This document shows, one piece after another, positions 13,312 to 24,250 of a stretch of DNA of 64,000 bases. Source of the stretch: Basidiobolus meristosporus CBS 931.73 (taxonomy: Eukaryota; Fungi; Basidiobolomycota); assembly GCA_002104905.1 (NCBI GenBank), contig MCFE01000504.1, forward strand, positions 1,505 through 65,504, in the 5' to 3' direction. How positions within the stretch are numbered: the first letter of the stretch is position 1; each line of letters begins with the position of its first letter. The notes below the pieces were generated by a model. That model worked only from the letters and a program-made list of their open reading frames with translations, was not told where the DNA came from and made no database searches. The position numbers were made by a program, and so were the translations under genes.

Positions 13312-14574
13312 ATGGTCCCCATACCAAGCCTCAACTCATCTTTAGTACAACCCAGACAAAACCCATCCCCCAGCTCACAGGTGCGGTCCGGACCAGAGAA
13401 GTCAATGTTAGATCCGTTTGAGTTCTTGCCAAATGATTTTAGTATGGCCCAAGTGTCTATGATGAGCCTTCATACAGATATTTGGGCACTACTGATTAAT
13501 CTAGCAGAACTAGATACCTCAGAGAGTCAACAAAGATGGAAGAATTTGATTAGAAAGCTGTGGCATGAGTTCTACATCAAGATGCCAGCCAATGTATGTA
13601 AAAAGATATATATCAAGACAAGTATTGAAATCAAGAATGAGCTGAGAGTGAGGGGATTTGACGAAGAAGCCACGTGGGAACAATTTTGCGCGCAATTTGC
13701 ACAGTATAGGCTGGACGCGTCCGTTTGTGCCTCAACTTTGGGAACCAAAGAGATTTTGAATGAGTTTTTGCCTCAAATGACTAATGTACTACGTGATATA
13801 TTAGTAGAGCTAAGTGGCTTCCGAGAGCAATATACACAGGACTCATCCAGGCAACAGCTCCAAAGTATCAGACAGAGGGTAAGTGAATACCTTGAGGAAT
13901 CAGATGGTGAGCTTCAGGAGGAAGAATACAGACCACAAGCAACATCGTCCAGATTGCGCCAGCACGCCTTGCTGGATTCCCTACCTTCTCTTGCAACCAC
14001 AGCGTGCCGGCGCACGTCAGTCCAGACCACGCCAACACCCTTTACCAGAATGCCCCACGTTGAGTCAACGTGCATTCAGTCAATGCGCGCTGGGTCAACA
14101 CGCGCGCTTCAGAGCAAAACTACAAGAACTTGCCAAACTGCTCATTTAGACACGAGTCCATTGGAGCGGACCAAGTCGCGTCAACATGCGGCATCACATT
14201 GAACTCAGCCAAGGGCCATCTTGACGCGTCAAGGCGTGCCTGCGCGTGCCGTTTTGCCTGACCATCAGCAAGTTACTTCTGGTGAACTGACTGATGATGA
14301 CCAACATGAAGTGCGTCAACCACCGGAGCCCTTGGCAAGTAAAAGAATGCGTCAGCATGTGGCACTACAGGCCAGTTCAGTTTGTTCAGTCGGAGCAATT
14401 CAGCGCGGCCAAGCTGCAGCATTGCACTCATCAACTAGGAGGCAAAATACTGACTACAAATACACAAGTAGCCAAGATGATAGTCAGCCAGGAAGTAGTA
14501 TAGGTGTGCAAAGTGAGTCACTACCAAATGCTTCAGTAGTAATCCCTGTGAGAAAAAAACCCAGGAGAAGATGA
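13312..14574 (+). pseudogene. Harbinger ORF2, putative Myb/SANT-like DNA-binding protein, with one in-frame TGA at 14200-14202
   Basis: ORFs 13312-14202 and 14221-14574 are in frame; QQRWKNLIRK resembles the Myb/SANT KWKNL motif; basic C-terminus RKKPRRR; position typical of the PHIS second ORF. Confidence 0.65.
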
Positions 14575-16668
14575 TGCAATTGCTTTGAATTGCTTACATT
14601 TGTAATGATCCCAACAACCCTTTTTTTTTTGCGATCCAAATTGAGCCATCGCAAATCAGTGATCATCACATTTTTGATATAAGTAATATCAAGGTTGTCT
14701 CACATATGAGACAGAACCCCTATAAATAAACACCCTGCATATATATACGTCATCTGTAATACCAGTGCAGCTATTGGATCTGTTTTGCACCTACACAATT
14801 GCTTGCGTGCTAGCTATGACACCTTGTCCAATCACTAGGATCAGGGATTTACTTGCTCAATGGGCAAAATGGGATATTTGATGGCAAATCAGGTAGCTTT
14901 TTCAGTAGTCAATGAGCCAATTGGGGGCTGCCAGCTTCTGGATACTTTTGGACCAATTAATCACTGAGATACCGTCCAATTGGAGTGAGGGTAACCAAAA
15001 TGGTAAGTATCAGTGTAGTTTATAGTGTGATACACATTTATTTCCATTTACATTAAAGAAACATATCCAAATACTGGATTTTACCTGCCATTATAGCGGT
15101 ATCCAATCGCGCACATGATGCAAACATTACAAGTTGGCGTGATCATCCGTGCCGACCTCATTGTTTCAGATTGTGCCATAGTGTGCAAGATTGTCCCGCA
15201 TAGTGCAAAATTGTCCAAGAACAATCTTGCCTTCTGGTAGCTATGATATCGCGCCCAATTGTTCTTTACAACTGCGGATTGCGCCGCACGCCCTGGCACG
15301 GTACAATGGAACAAGTCTAATATTCTGACAAAGTTTTTTGTGAAATCTGAGGTGCAATTATTTTTCAATGGTCTCTGGACAGTGTCCTGATAAGATCAGT
15401 ACCTCTTAGTCATGGGACTTTAGCTTTGTGACGGTCTCTTGATGGGATCATCTCAATAATTTTTCATATGGTCATTGACCAGTCCTTTGTCCAGAAGCAC
15501 TAAATCCCCACTCTCCTGTAATCCTGTCCTCTCCAAGTAGAACTTATTGATGGAAGATCCCTCTCCTCTGGTGGCATTACACATGAGACACATCTATTCC
15601 AGCTCTTCAGTACTGGTCACCCTAAGACAATAGCCTTCTACATCACCCACTCTCTGCACTACCCATAGTCCTTGCAAGCTCATGGCTTAGTCATCATAAC
15701 CAGCTATTAGCTGGAAGACAAAAGCCTTGACATTCCCCAGAGTCCATTATGTCAACTTCATGAAAGCACCTGACTTCTCAGGTGAGGAAGTAAGCTACCA
15801 TGAATTCAGGAGCTCCCTCCAATGGAATATCTGCCATGTATCAAAGTTTGCCCAAATCTTTGAAAAGAAGCCAGCACAACTACTCCTGGCACATGGACCC
15901 AATGATTGTCCCATTGACCACAAAGACAGAAAACCCCTCCTTTTGGCCCTATCTACAATCACTCACCACCTGAGATGGAAAAACCCCATAGCTATATCAA
16001 ATAAAACCTCCAGGAAGACTTTATTCAGTACTCCAAGCATAAAGCTGGTGCTTCAATCCTCTTTTTCAAAAAAAAGGATGGTACCCTTAGGATGTTTGTA
16101 GTCTACCATGCACTGAATAAGACCAAAATCAAGAGCTGCTACCCTTTGCCCCTGATCAACAACTTGTTGGAGCAACTCTCTGCCACCAAAGTATTTACAA
16201 AACTGATTTCTGAGCAGCTTATAAAGTTGTCAGAATCAAGCCTGGTAATGAATGGGAACTGCTTTTGGAGCAAGATACAGTCACTTTGAGTGTAAATTTA
16301 TGACATTTGGTCTCACCAAGGCCCTAGCTGTCTTTCAGCACCTGATCAATGAGATATTCCATGAGTACCTTGCCCAATTTGTAGTTATCTACCTTGATAA
16401 TATCCTGATTTATTCCAAGACTCAAAATGAACATAATTTCCATGTGAAGAATGTCTTGGCCATGCTTGATGTCACTGGCCTCTATGCCAAACTGGGAAAA
16501 TGGGAGTTTGACCAGAAATAAGTTGAGTTCCTAGGTTATCTTATAAGCTCAAATGGAACAAGAATGAACCCCAAGCAAGTAGAAGCCCTCCAGTCCTGGA
16601 AAACTCCCTATTCTGTAAAGAGAGTGCCATCCTTCCTTGGATTTGCTAGCTTCTACTGCAGATTCATT

Positions 16669-17402
16669 AGACTTGTTCCGTTGGATAGTGCCACATTGAG
16701 CCATGAGTGCCAAATGATGCCATAGTGTGCCAGAGAGGTCAACTGAGCCTATACTTGGCCACAGAGTGTGAAACCTAGCTCTGCATCTTCATGTAAAGCA
16801 GCCCCTGTGTTTCACCCATTGCGCAGGAGAAAATCCATTTTTTGACCTTTTTTTGTGGACCAATGTAGCTCAGGATGTGAAAGAGCACAGGAGAACAGAA
16901 GATATGCATCTGGTACTCAATACCCATGGCACTCTGAATCTAGCTCCTGTAGCTTGTATCATGTCACAAAAATGAATGGCACTATCTTGGTCTACTGGTA
17001 CTATCTGGCACTATATTTAAATATTAGCCCTAAAGTAAGATCTATACAAAGCACTTATAGTGCCAGATAGTACCAGTGGACCAAGATAGTGCCATTCATT
17101 TTTGTGACATGATACAAGCTACAGGAGCTAGATTCAGAGTGCCATGGGTATTGAGTACCAGATGCATATCTTCAATTTGCTTTTGCTCTAACACATCCTG
17201 CACAACATTGATCTAAAAAAAAAGGTCAAAAAATGGATTTTCTCCAGCACAATGGGTGAAACACAGGGGCTGCTTTGCATGAAGACGTGGAGCTATGTTT
17301 CACACTCTGTGGCCAGGTAGAGGCTCACTTGGCCTCTCTGGCACACTATGGCATCATTTGGCACTCATGGCTCAATGTGGCACTATCCAATGGAACAAGT
17401 CT
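16669..17402. mobile_element. Foldback MITE copy 2 (complete, ~345-bp arms, ~40-bp loop)
   Basis: Whole element is an imperfect palindrome AGACTTGTTCC...GGAACAAGTCT; TSD ATT; removal restores gypsy pol RFIAN. Confidence 0.95.
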
Positions 17403-18742
17403 ATTGCCAACTAGTTCAAGATAGTCATTCCCCTGACAAAGCTCACCCAGGAAATCTGCCCTTTGTCTGGAACAAGGAACAGTCTGAGTCCTTTGATTCT
17501 ATCAAGAAATCCTTCTTGTGTGCCCCACTCCTGGCCCACCCTGACCTTAAGAAACCTTTCATTATAGAAACCAATACCTCTGACTTTGACCTTGGTGCCT
17601 TCCTTTCCCAGTATGATGACAATAATGTGCTACACCCTATTGCATTCTGCTCTCAAAAATTTACTCCATCTGAAGTAAACTAAGATATCTGTGACAAGGA
17701 ACCACTTGCAATCATTATTGCCTTTGAATAATGGAGACACTACCTTGATGGTGCAGCCTATAAGAAAAAGATCTTCTGTGAGCACAAGAACCTTGAGTAC
17801 TTCACCACCTCAATAGTATTATGCCATAGACAAGCCAGATGGTCCCTCTTCCCATCTACCTTTGACTTTGTTATTACCTAGAGACCAGGAGTGAAACAAG
17901 GAAAACCTGATACCCTGTCCAGAAAGATGGAGTACTACTTTAAGGAAGGGGATGATGCCTGTCAGTAAAGGAGCAACTCTGTACTCAACAAAGGTCACTT
18001 TGACCTCCTTGCAACCCAGTCCTCCAGTACTTTAGCTTCTTTACTCCTTGAAAAGTCAAGACAAGCCAGGCCACCACTCCACAGCACAATGCTCAAGAAA
18101 TATCTCAAGTCTCCCACTTATCCACCACCCAAGTTCCCAAACCTCCAGCATCTACATTTAGTTGATGACAGCATCTATCACTGGCACCAACTGTTTGTCC
18201 CAGACCTTGATACCCTGTTAGATATCATCTATTCTTGCCATGACTCAATGGCTACAGGACTATTGGTACTGCCAAAACCATGAGTGCAATCAAGAGAGAC
18301 TTCTGATGGCCTGAAATGATATCACTTGCCAAGGAGTACCTCCAATCCTGTGATATAAGTAATAGTGCAAAATCTGCCAGACACCAGATATATGGACTTC
18401 TACAACCCTTGCCAATCCCTGACAAGCAATGGAGGTCAATTTCAAAGGACTTCATAACCAACCTTCCAGAATTCAAACAATTCAATTCTGTCCTGGAAGT
18501 GGCAGATAGACTCAAAAAATGGCTCACTTCATTCCCTGCCCCAAGAAAATAAGTGCCAAGGAGACTGCACACCTAGTGATCAAGAACATTTTCCAGCTTC
18601 ATGGTATCCCAAGTGACATTGTATTTGACAGAGGACCTCAGTTCATATCAAAATTCAAGAAACACTTAATGCAATATCTTGGTGTACAAGTCAAACTCTG
18701 GACTGCTTTCCATCCTCAGTCAGATGGTCAGACTGAATGAGC

Positions 18743-19942
18743 TGTTGTAATGGAAAGTATTCCTTTACTACAATATCTCAAAACCAATATTGCACTCATT
18801 TCTTTATTTTGCTTTTTTGCTATCATAACTCACAGGTGATAGATCAAGAATTTACGACTTTGAAGGACAAATACTCCAGACCCTGAAAGGCAATCCTTCA
18901 ACAAATATTATGTCATACAGAACACACAGTAGCCAACACATGTTTCAAATTGCAGCTCATTTGTAGCAGTACTTCTATATTCTAGGTCTTTATTGCTAGG
19001 ATCACTACAGTGACTTTGATAGCATGTAACATTTGAACCAGCCAATCAAATCACATGATATTTTCATAGGTGCTGCGTCTATGTCCAATCTGTGCTACTG
19101 CAGAGTTTTAGAGTTGTATCACGTTTATTAGTTGCGCAATTGCCCAAAAACTTTGATCCTTCAGAAATTTCATATATATGACTTCCCCAGCTGAAACATA
19201 AAGGAGAGCCTCTTTTTCCAGAATCTCCACACTACAATTACAAGCTTAAAAGTTATAAGACTTCCCCTGCATCACTTGCATTGTTAGTATTCAGATTTTG
19301 ACTGGTACCACATCAGTAAAGAGACTGCAAAGCTCACAAGTATCCAATCTAATTTCTACAAGAAACAACAGCTTTTCTGTTGGAAAAGTCCCCTCTAAGA
19401 AACCCCTCTACTCTAAAGACACCACTTTAGTCTAAAGACTCTTTAGAGACCATTTTAAGAGGCCCCTTTACTCTAAAGAAGCCCCTTTAGGCATCCCTTT
19501 AGTGTAAAGTCCACTTTAGAGACCACTACAAGAAGCCCCTTTTACTCTAAAGACACCCCCTTAGAAACCCCTTTAGGTCTAAAGACTCCTTTAGAGACTT
19601 TTACAACACACTCCTTCAGGTTAAAGTGGAGCTCAGAATCTCCATATTAGGAAATGTCTTCTTGGAAAGGAAAGTGACTTCTAAATAAGGAGAAGTTACT
19701 GTAAAGGCAAATAAGCCCATTAGTTGCCAGAAGGTCAGAACACTGCTGTAGAAGTGAGAAATACTGCCTATAGTATATTTTGAGCCTATAATTGTGGGTA
19801 TTAGTGAAAGTTATATCTTCTATTGGTATATTAAACTCCCAATGAGCTATTTTGGTATCAGCATACTGGAAGCTGTTGTATATTGTTATTTAGCCTCTAC
19901 ATTGTAGAACAAGCCCCAAACTAATCATAATACAACACAGTA
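18743..19942 (+). repeat. LTR family B solo LTR inside the gypsy integrase
   Basis: TGTTG...CAGTA termini, flanks GAGC / GAAC; integrase rejoins as GQTE(R)AKQILEQY; inverted homolog of 2528-3506. Confidence 0.75.
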
Positions 19943-20739
19943 GAACTAAACAGATCCTTGAACAATACCCCTGGTGCTATATCAACTATCAGCAAGACAA
20001 CTGGACCCAGCTGCTACTACATGCAGAATTTGCCTACAACAACTTATGTCATAGTGCAACTGGTGCACCCATTTTATGCAAATTATAGTTTTCATCTGCA
20101 TTTGATATTCAGATTGCAACAAACCCTATAAGCCCCCAGCAGCTGAACATGCATCAACAATTCTAGAAATCTAAGAAACACTCAAGAGGGAACTATCCAT
20201 AGCCTATGGGGGAATAAGAAGGTTGCAGACAACAAACAACAGCCTAGCCCCAAGGTTAATGAAGGAAATTTAGTATGGCTCTTGCAAAGAAACATTGCTA
20301 CCAGCAGCCCATGTGACAAATTAGACTATAGGAAACTAGGTCCATTCAAGATCAAGAAGAAACTGAGCCCAGTTGTATACCAACTACAATTACTTCCAGG
20401 TATGTAGATCCATGACACAGAAGAGGTGAATAGTGTCATGATTGAATGACATCCTTGATCATTTATGATTTGACCAAATTAAGTTGGTGAAGAAGTCCTG
20501 GTTCCTTCTAGAAAGTGCTGCTACATTGAAGCAACTTCTGGAAAGCTCCAAGTCTATGTTACACAATGGGACTTTCCATGGAAGCTTTGCTTTGAAATTT
20601 ATGTGGCTCAATACCATATATGCTAAATGCATGTCACATGGCCTAGTCACATGATCAGCAGACTCTTGGCTTATCCCCATGTGATGTTCTAGACTATTCT
20701 TTAGTATATTTTTATCTCAGCACACTTACTGCTGTGCAT

Positions 20740-21867
20740 ATGAGGTTACCCTTTTACTTTGTACACAGACCACCAAGCCATTGTCAATATCCATACTCAA
20801 AAGACTTGGACTCCAATGCTTACCAACTGGCTTGATACTCTACTTGATTATGAACATACAGTTATTCATTGCCTAGGTATCCTCAACATCCTGTCTGACC
20901 ACCTTTCAAGCCTTTTCCCAACTTCAACTTGGGAGGGACATGTGAATACTGACATAATCAGTAAGCTTACTACAACTTCCAAAATAAACCCTCAACTGGA
21001 TTCAACAACTTGGAAAATCCCACATGCTAATGAAAGGAAAATTTTGATACATAGTCATTCAATTGGCCACTTTGGAGCTGACACACTTATGAAGAGGCAA
21101 CACTCTGATGGATATCACTAGCCAAATATCAATGCTGACTGCATAGAATCTGTCAAGTCTTGCAGAGATTATCAACTTTACAATATCAGCCGCCACATAC
21201 TGCCCCTTTGAGTCCCATCTATGCAAGCCTTCCTATAGACCATATTGCAATTGATCTAGCTGGACCTTTCACCACTGGTGATGATAGTAATCACTACCTC
21301 TTTGTAATTGTGGATGTCTGCACATGTTTTGTCTTCCTCAAAGTTATCCCAGACAAGTATGCAGCCACTATTGCGCAAGCATTATTCATGCTCTTCTGCC
21401 TATTGGGATTCCCCAAGATCATTCAATTGGATAATGGAACAGAATTTGTGACTGACCTGATCAAAGCCCTTTGCCAGAATATTGCCATTGCTCACCATCT
21501 GATACTCCCTATCATCCCAAAGCCAATGGACTTGCTGAAAGACATGCTCAAACCTCAGTGAACATCATCAGGAAATCTATCAAAGGTATCAAGAAGAATT
21601 GAGACAAGTACATTCTATCAGTACAGTACACTCAAGCTTATATCTCAAGACCTAGTTACTTCTAAATCCTATGAAGTTGAGGCTATTGTTGACTATGATG
21701 GAGAAGAACCAAATTGAGATTGTTTAGTCAAGTGGAAAGGTTATAATGCCAAACACAACACTTGGGAACCTTACACCAACTTTGATGATGTTGCCATCAT
21801 TGATCAGTATTGGAGCCACAGGGGAACCCAGAAGGTATCAGAAAACTCCACTCCAGGGAGGAAGTGA
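20740..21867 (+). mobile_element. Second gypsy family: RNase H end, integrase and chromodomain, followed by a polypurine tract
   Basis: YTDHQAI..WLDTLLDY, HSIGHFGA, IAIDLAGPF, IQLDNGTEF, chromodomain YEVEAIVDY..LVKWKGY..NTWEPY (~21668-21820), GGGAGGAAG just before the LTR. Confidence 0.8.
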
Positions 21868-22463
21868 TGTTGTGCATCAACACTTAAAACTTAGCCAATC
21901 TCACTCCGTTAGAAAACCAGTACCCTAACTGATTCCCCCTAACCAAAGCATAACTAATCTCTGTTATGGTCTATTTTATCACTTCTCAGATTCTATTTTT
22001 AGCTGTCACACCTGATTAATCTTTAAGTGGCCATTATGTCCTCAACTGATCTGCCAAGTCTTTTCAAAGGATGAGTCATCTGAGTTCTTTCCAATCACTT
22101 AATAGTTGCCAAGATATCAGCTGATTATTGATGCAATTTGTCATTTATCTTATGCACCTATTAACCCCCAAAAAGATTTCAATTAATCCAGTCTCTTGGC
22201 ACTTACTAATTCAACTTGATCAGAAATATATAAATAAAGATTACTGAACCTTTTGGTTTAGTGTGTGTCTCAACAAAATCAAGATTGTTCCTCAGCAAAG
22301 TTAAGAATTCAGCAATTCTGTTCTAGTTTCCACCCAAGCCTAGCATATCTAGCATTCCCAAGAACACCAAGCCTAGCCTGCATAGCAAACCAACTCTGTT
22401 GCATTTATAGCCCAACTCAGCTATATACAAAACCAATATTAGACCGGAACTTCTCTACTGATA
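21868..22463 (+). repeat. LTR family C, copy 1 (~596 bp)
   Basis: Colinear with 59942-60538; starts TGTTG directly after the polypurine tract; ends CTGATA (likely CA to TA). Confidence 0.8.
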
Positions 22464-24250
22464 GCATTGAAAATCTGCCAAACCTTGCTCTGCATCAGCC
22501 ACCAATAAGTCATGCCTTTGGATTCTCCAGATTTACATCTCCCTCTAGACCTGCCCTGGTGGTTGTCCCAAGATCATTGCCTCTTTGTGCTGAAGGAGCC
22601 AATGCCATAAGGAATCCTACTGAGTTTTTTTACAAGTGTGATCATGTCTTAGCTGTGCACCAGCTTGATCCCAATACCAATTGAGCTAGACTTTTGTCAC
22701 TCTGTCTCACCATGCAAGATGCTGACTGGGATGAAGTGAGCATTCCTTCCAATGGTGCATGGAAAGTTGCCCAAGACCTCTTTTGCGGCCATTTTGAAGA
22801 TCCCCTCAAGAATGCATATTTAAGCTGCAACTTATGAAAACTAAAATGCAAAAAGATGAATCTGTGCAACACTTCTGTGATAGATTCTAGAGACAAATGA
22901 GTTAGCTGGAGTTAGTGATGACAATCCATTGCTTACTTCTCATTTTCTTTCAAGCTTTTCACACCAGATACAAAGCAATATTGCTATTGTCAAAGCATGC
23001 AACCCTGCATGCACTTATGACAAAATCTCAGAGATATATATACTTGCAATCACCATGACTGCAGCTGTTAGCCAGGCTTCAGGCAACTCAACTCAAGAAG
23101 CAGCCACAACCAGAAAAGAGAGCAGTCATATGACCAAGAAGTAGTCAACTGCTACAAAGCATTGTGAGCTTCATGAAAGATGCTATCACTCTACTACTGA
23201 ATGCAAAGGCATCACTAAGCAGTCAAACAAGGCAGGAAACACATCAGAGAAGCAGCAAAATACCAAAACTGATAATCCATATGCTGATGAAAATGCTTTA
23301 AATGTGGACCAATGGGACATAGATCACCTGCCTATCCTGAAAAGAACTCTACTGCACCAGCAAAGATTACCAGATCCTAGATGAAAATTCAACCAATGAA
23401 ATGACAGGGTATGAGGAAGCATATGAAGAACTTACAGCTCAAGATTATCACAACCTATTTGAAATTCTGGCTAAAATTGCAACTGTTGAAGAGAAGAAGC
23501 AACCAATTGTGCAGCCAAAAGCTATTGAGGTGCCACTCAAACTCAATGGCCAATCATATGTAGCAATACTGGACACTGGATCATCAACTCTATTGTATCA
23601 CCTAGTGTGGTCAAAGAACTCAATTTTAAATAGAAAAGCAACCAGAAAAAATCATACTTGCAGCTGAGGACCTCTCAGCCCTAAAAATTGTAATCACTGA
23701 CCCAATCAGCATGCAGTGTGGTTCAATGACTATAATCCATCAAATGGAAGTTATTGATATTCCAGATGTACCCCAGGTAGTCATTGGTCTAGACACCTTC
23801 ACCAAACCTGGCTTTCACATAGGTGGACTACCAGTTTTATACCCTGGAATCACTAAGTATCAGCCACTCAGAATGAATCAGATTCCAGCAATTATCTCTC
23901 CCCATCTGGAAGTAGTGGAGTCAACCACAACTTTTCAAGCATATTCTCAATCAGTCAAATTGGAAATTCAGCCAGCCATTGAATGAAACTAAGCCATTCC
24001 CAGGAACAGCTTCTGCACTATGCCAGAATCCATTGTTATGCTAGAAACCCCAGCTGGTGAGTCAACATGGAGGAGGCAATACCCAATTCCACATTCTTGT
24101 CAACACTTAGTTGATGAAATAGTCCAAAAGTGGGCTGACATTTGAGTTATCACTCAAGCCCCTGTCAACACAACATTCAACAGCCCTTTGATGCTTGCAC
24201 CCAAGAAGGATGCTTATAAAAATCTAACTCTGAAGAGACCCGGTTTGGAC
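22464..24250 (+). mobile_element. Decayed gypsy gag, protease and RT N-terminus downstream of LTR-C
   Basis: Gag-like text near 22790-22900, CELHERCYHSTTEC knuckle (~23162), protease AILDTGSS (~23565), RT start (WRRQYPIP, NSPLMLAPKKDA, TLKRP) truncated at ~24250. Confidence 0.75.

Larger units (their letters stand above)
11077..15318. mobile_element. PIF/Harbinger (PHIS) superfamily DNA transposon, Pangu-like, near-autonomous
   Basis: TIR AGACTTGTTCC(G/A)TTG at both ends, 3-bp TSD AAT (11074-76, 15319-21), DDE_Tnp_4 ORF plus divergent second ORF; empty-site homolog at ~29980-30020. Confidence 0.92.
4389..15471 (-). mobile_element. CACTA/EnSpm (CMC)-type DNA transposon, terminus to terminus, carrying nested insertions
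   Basis: TIRs CCCTATGAAAAATAATT (4389) and AATAATTTTTCATATGG (to 15471), 3-bp TSD TCA on both sides; removal restores the gypsy protease reading TGT TTC ATT GAC (CFID); encodes a tnp2-family transposase. Confidence 0.9.
1926..20415 (+). mobile_element. Decayed Ty3/gypsy LTR retrotransposon (Tf2/sushi-like) split by nested insertions; pieces about 1926-2527, 3963-4388, 15472-16668, 17403-18742, 19943-20415
   Basis: Retrotrans_gag-like text (1915-2572), CCHC knuckle CPYCGQQGHLAKSC (~4080-4130), protease ALIDFGASSCF|IDQSFVQKH rejoining across 4389-15471, RT (YPLPLINNLLEQL, VVIYLDNILIYS), RNase H (PFIIETNTSDFDLGAFLSQ), integrase (IVFDRGPQF, FHPQSDGQTE..KQILEQY..YQQDNW). Many stops and frameshifts. 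Confidence 0.85.
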
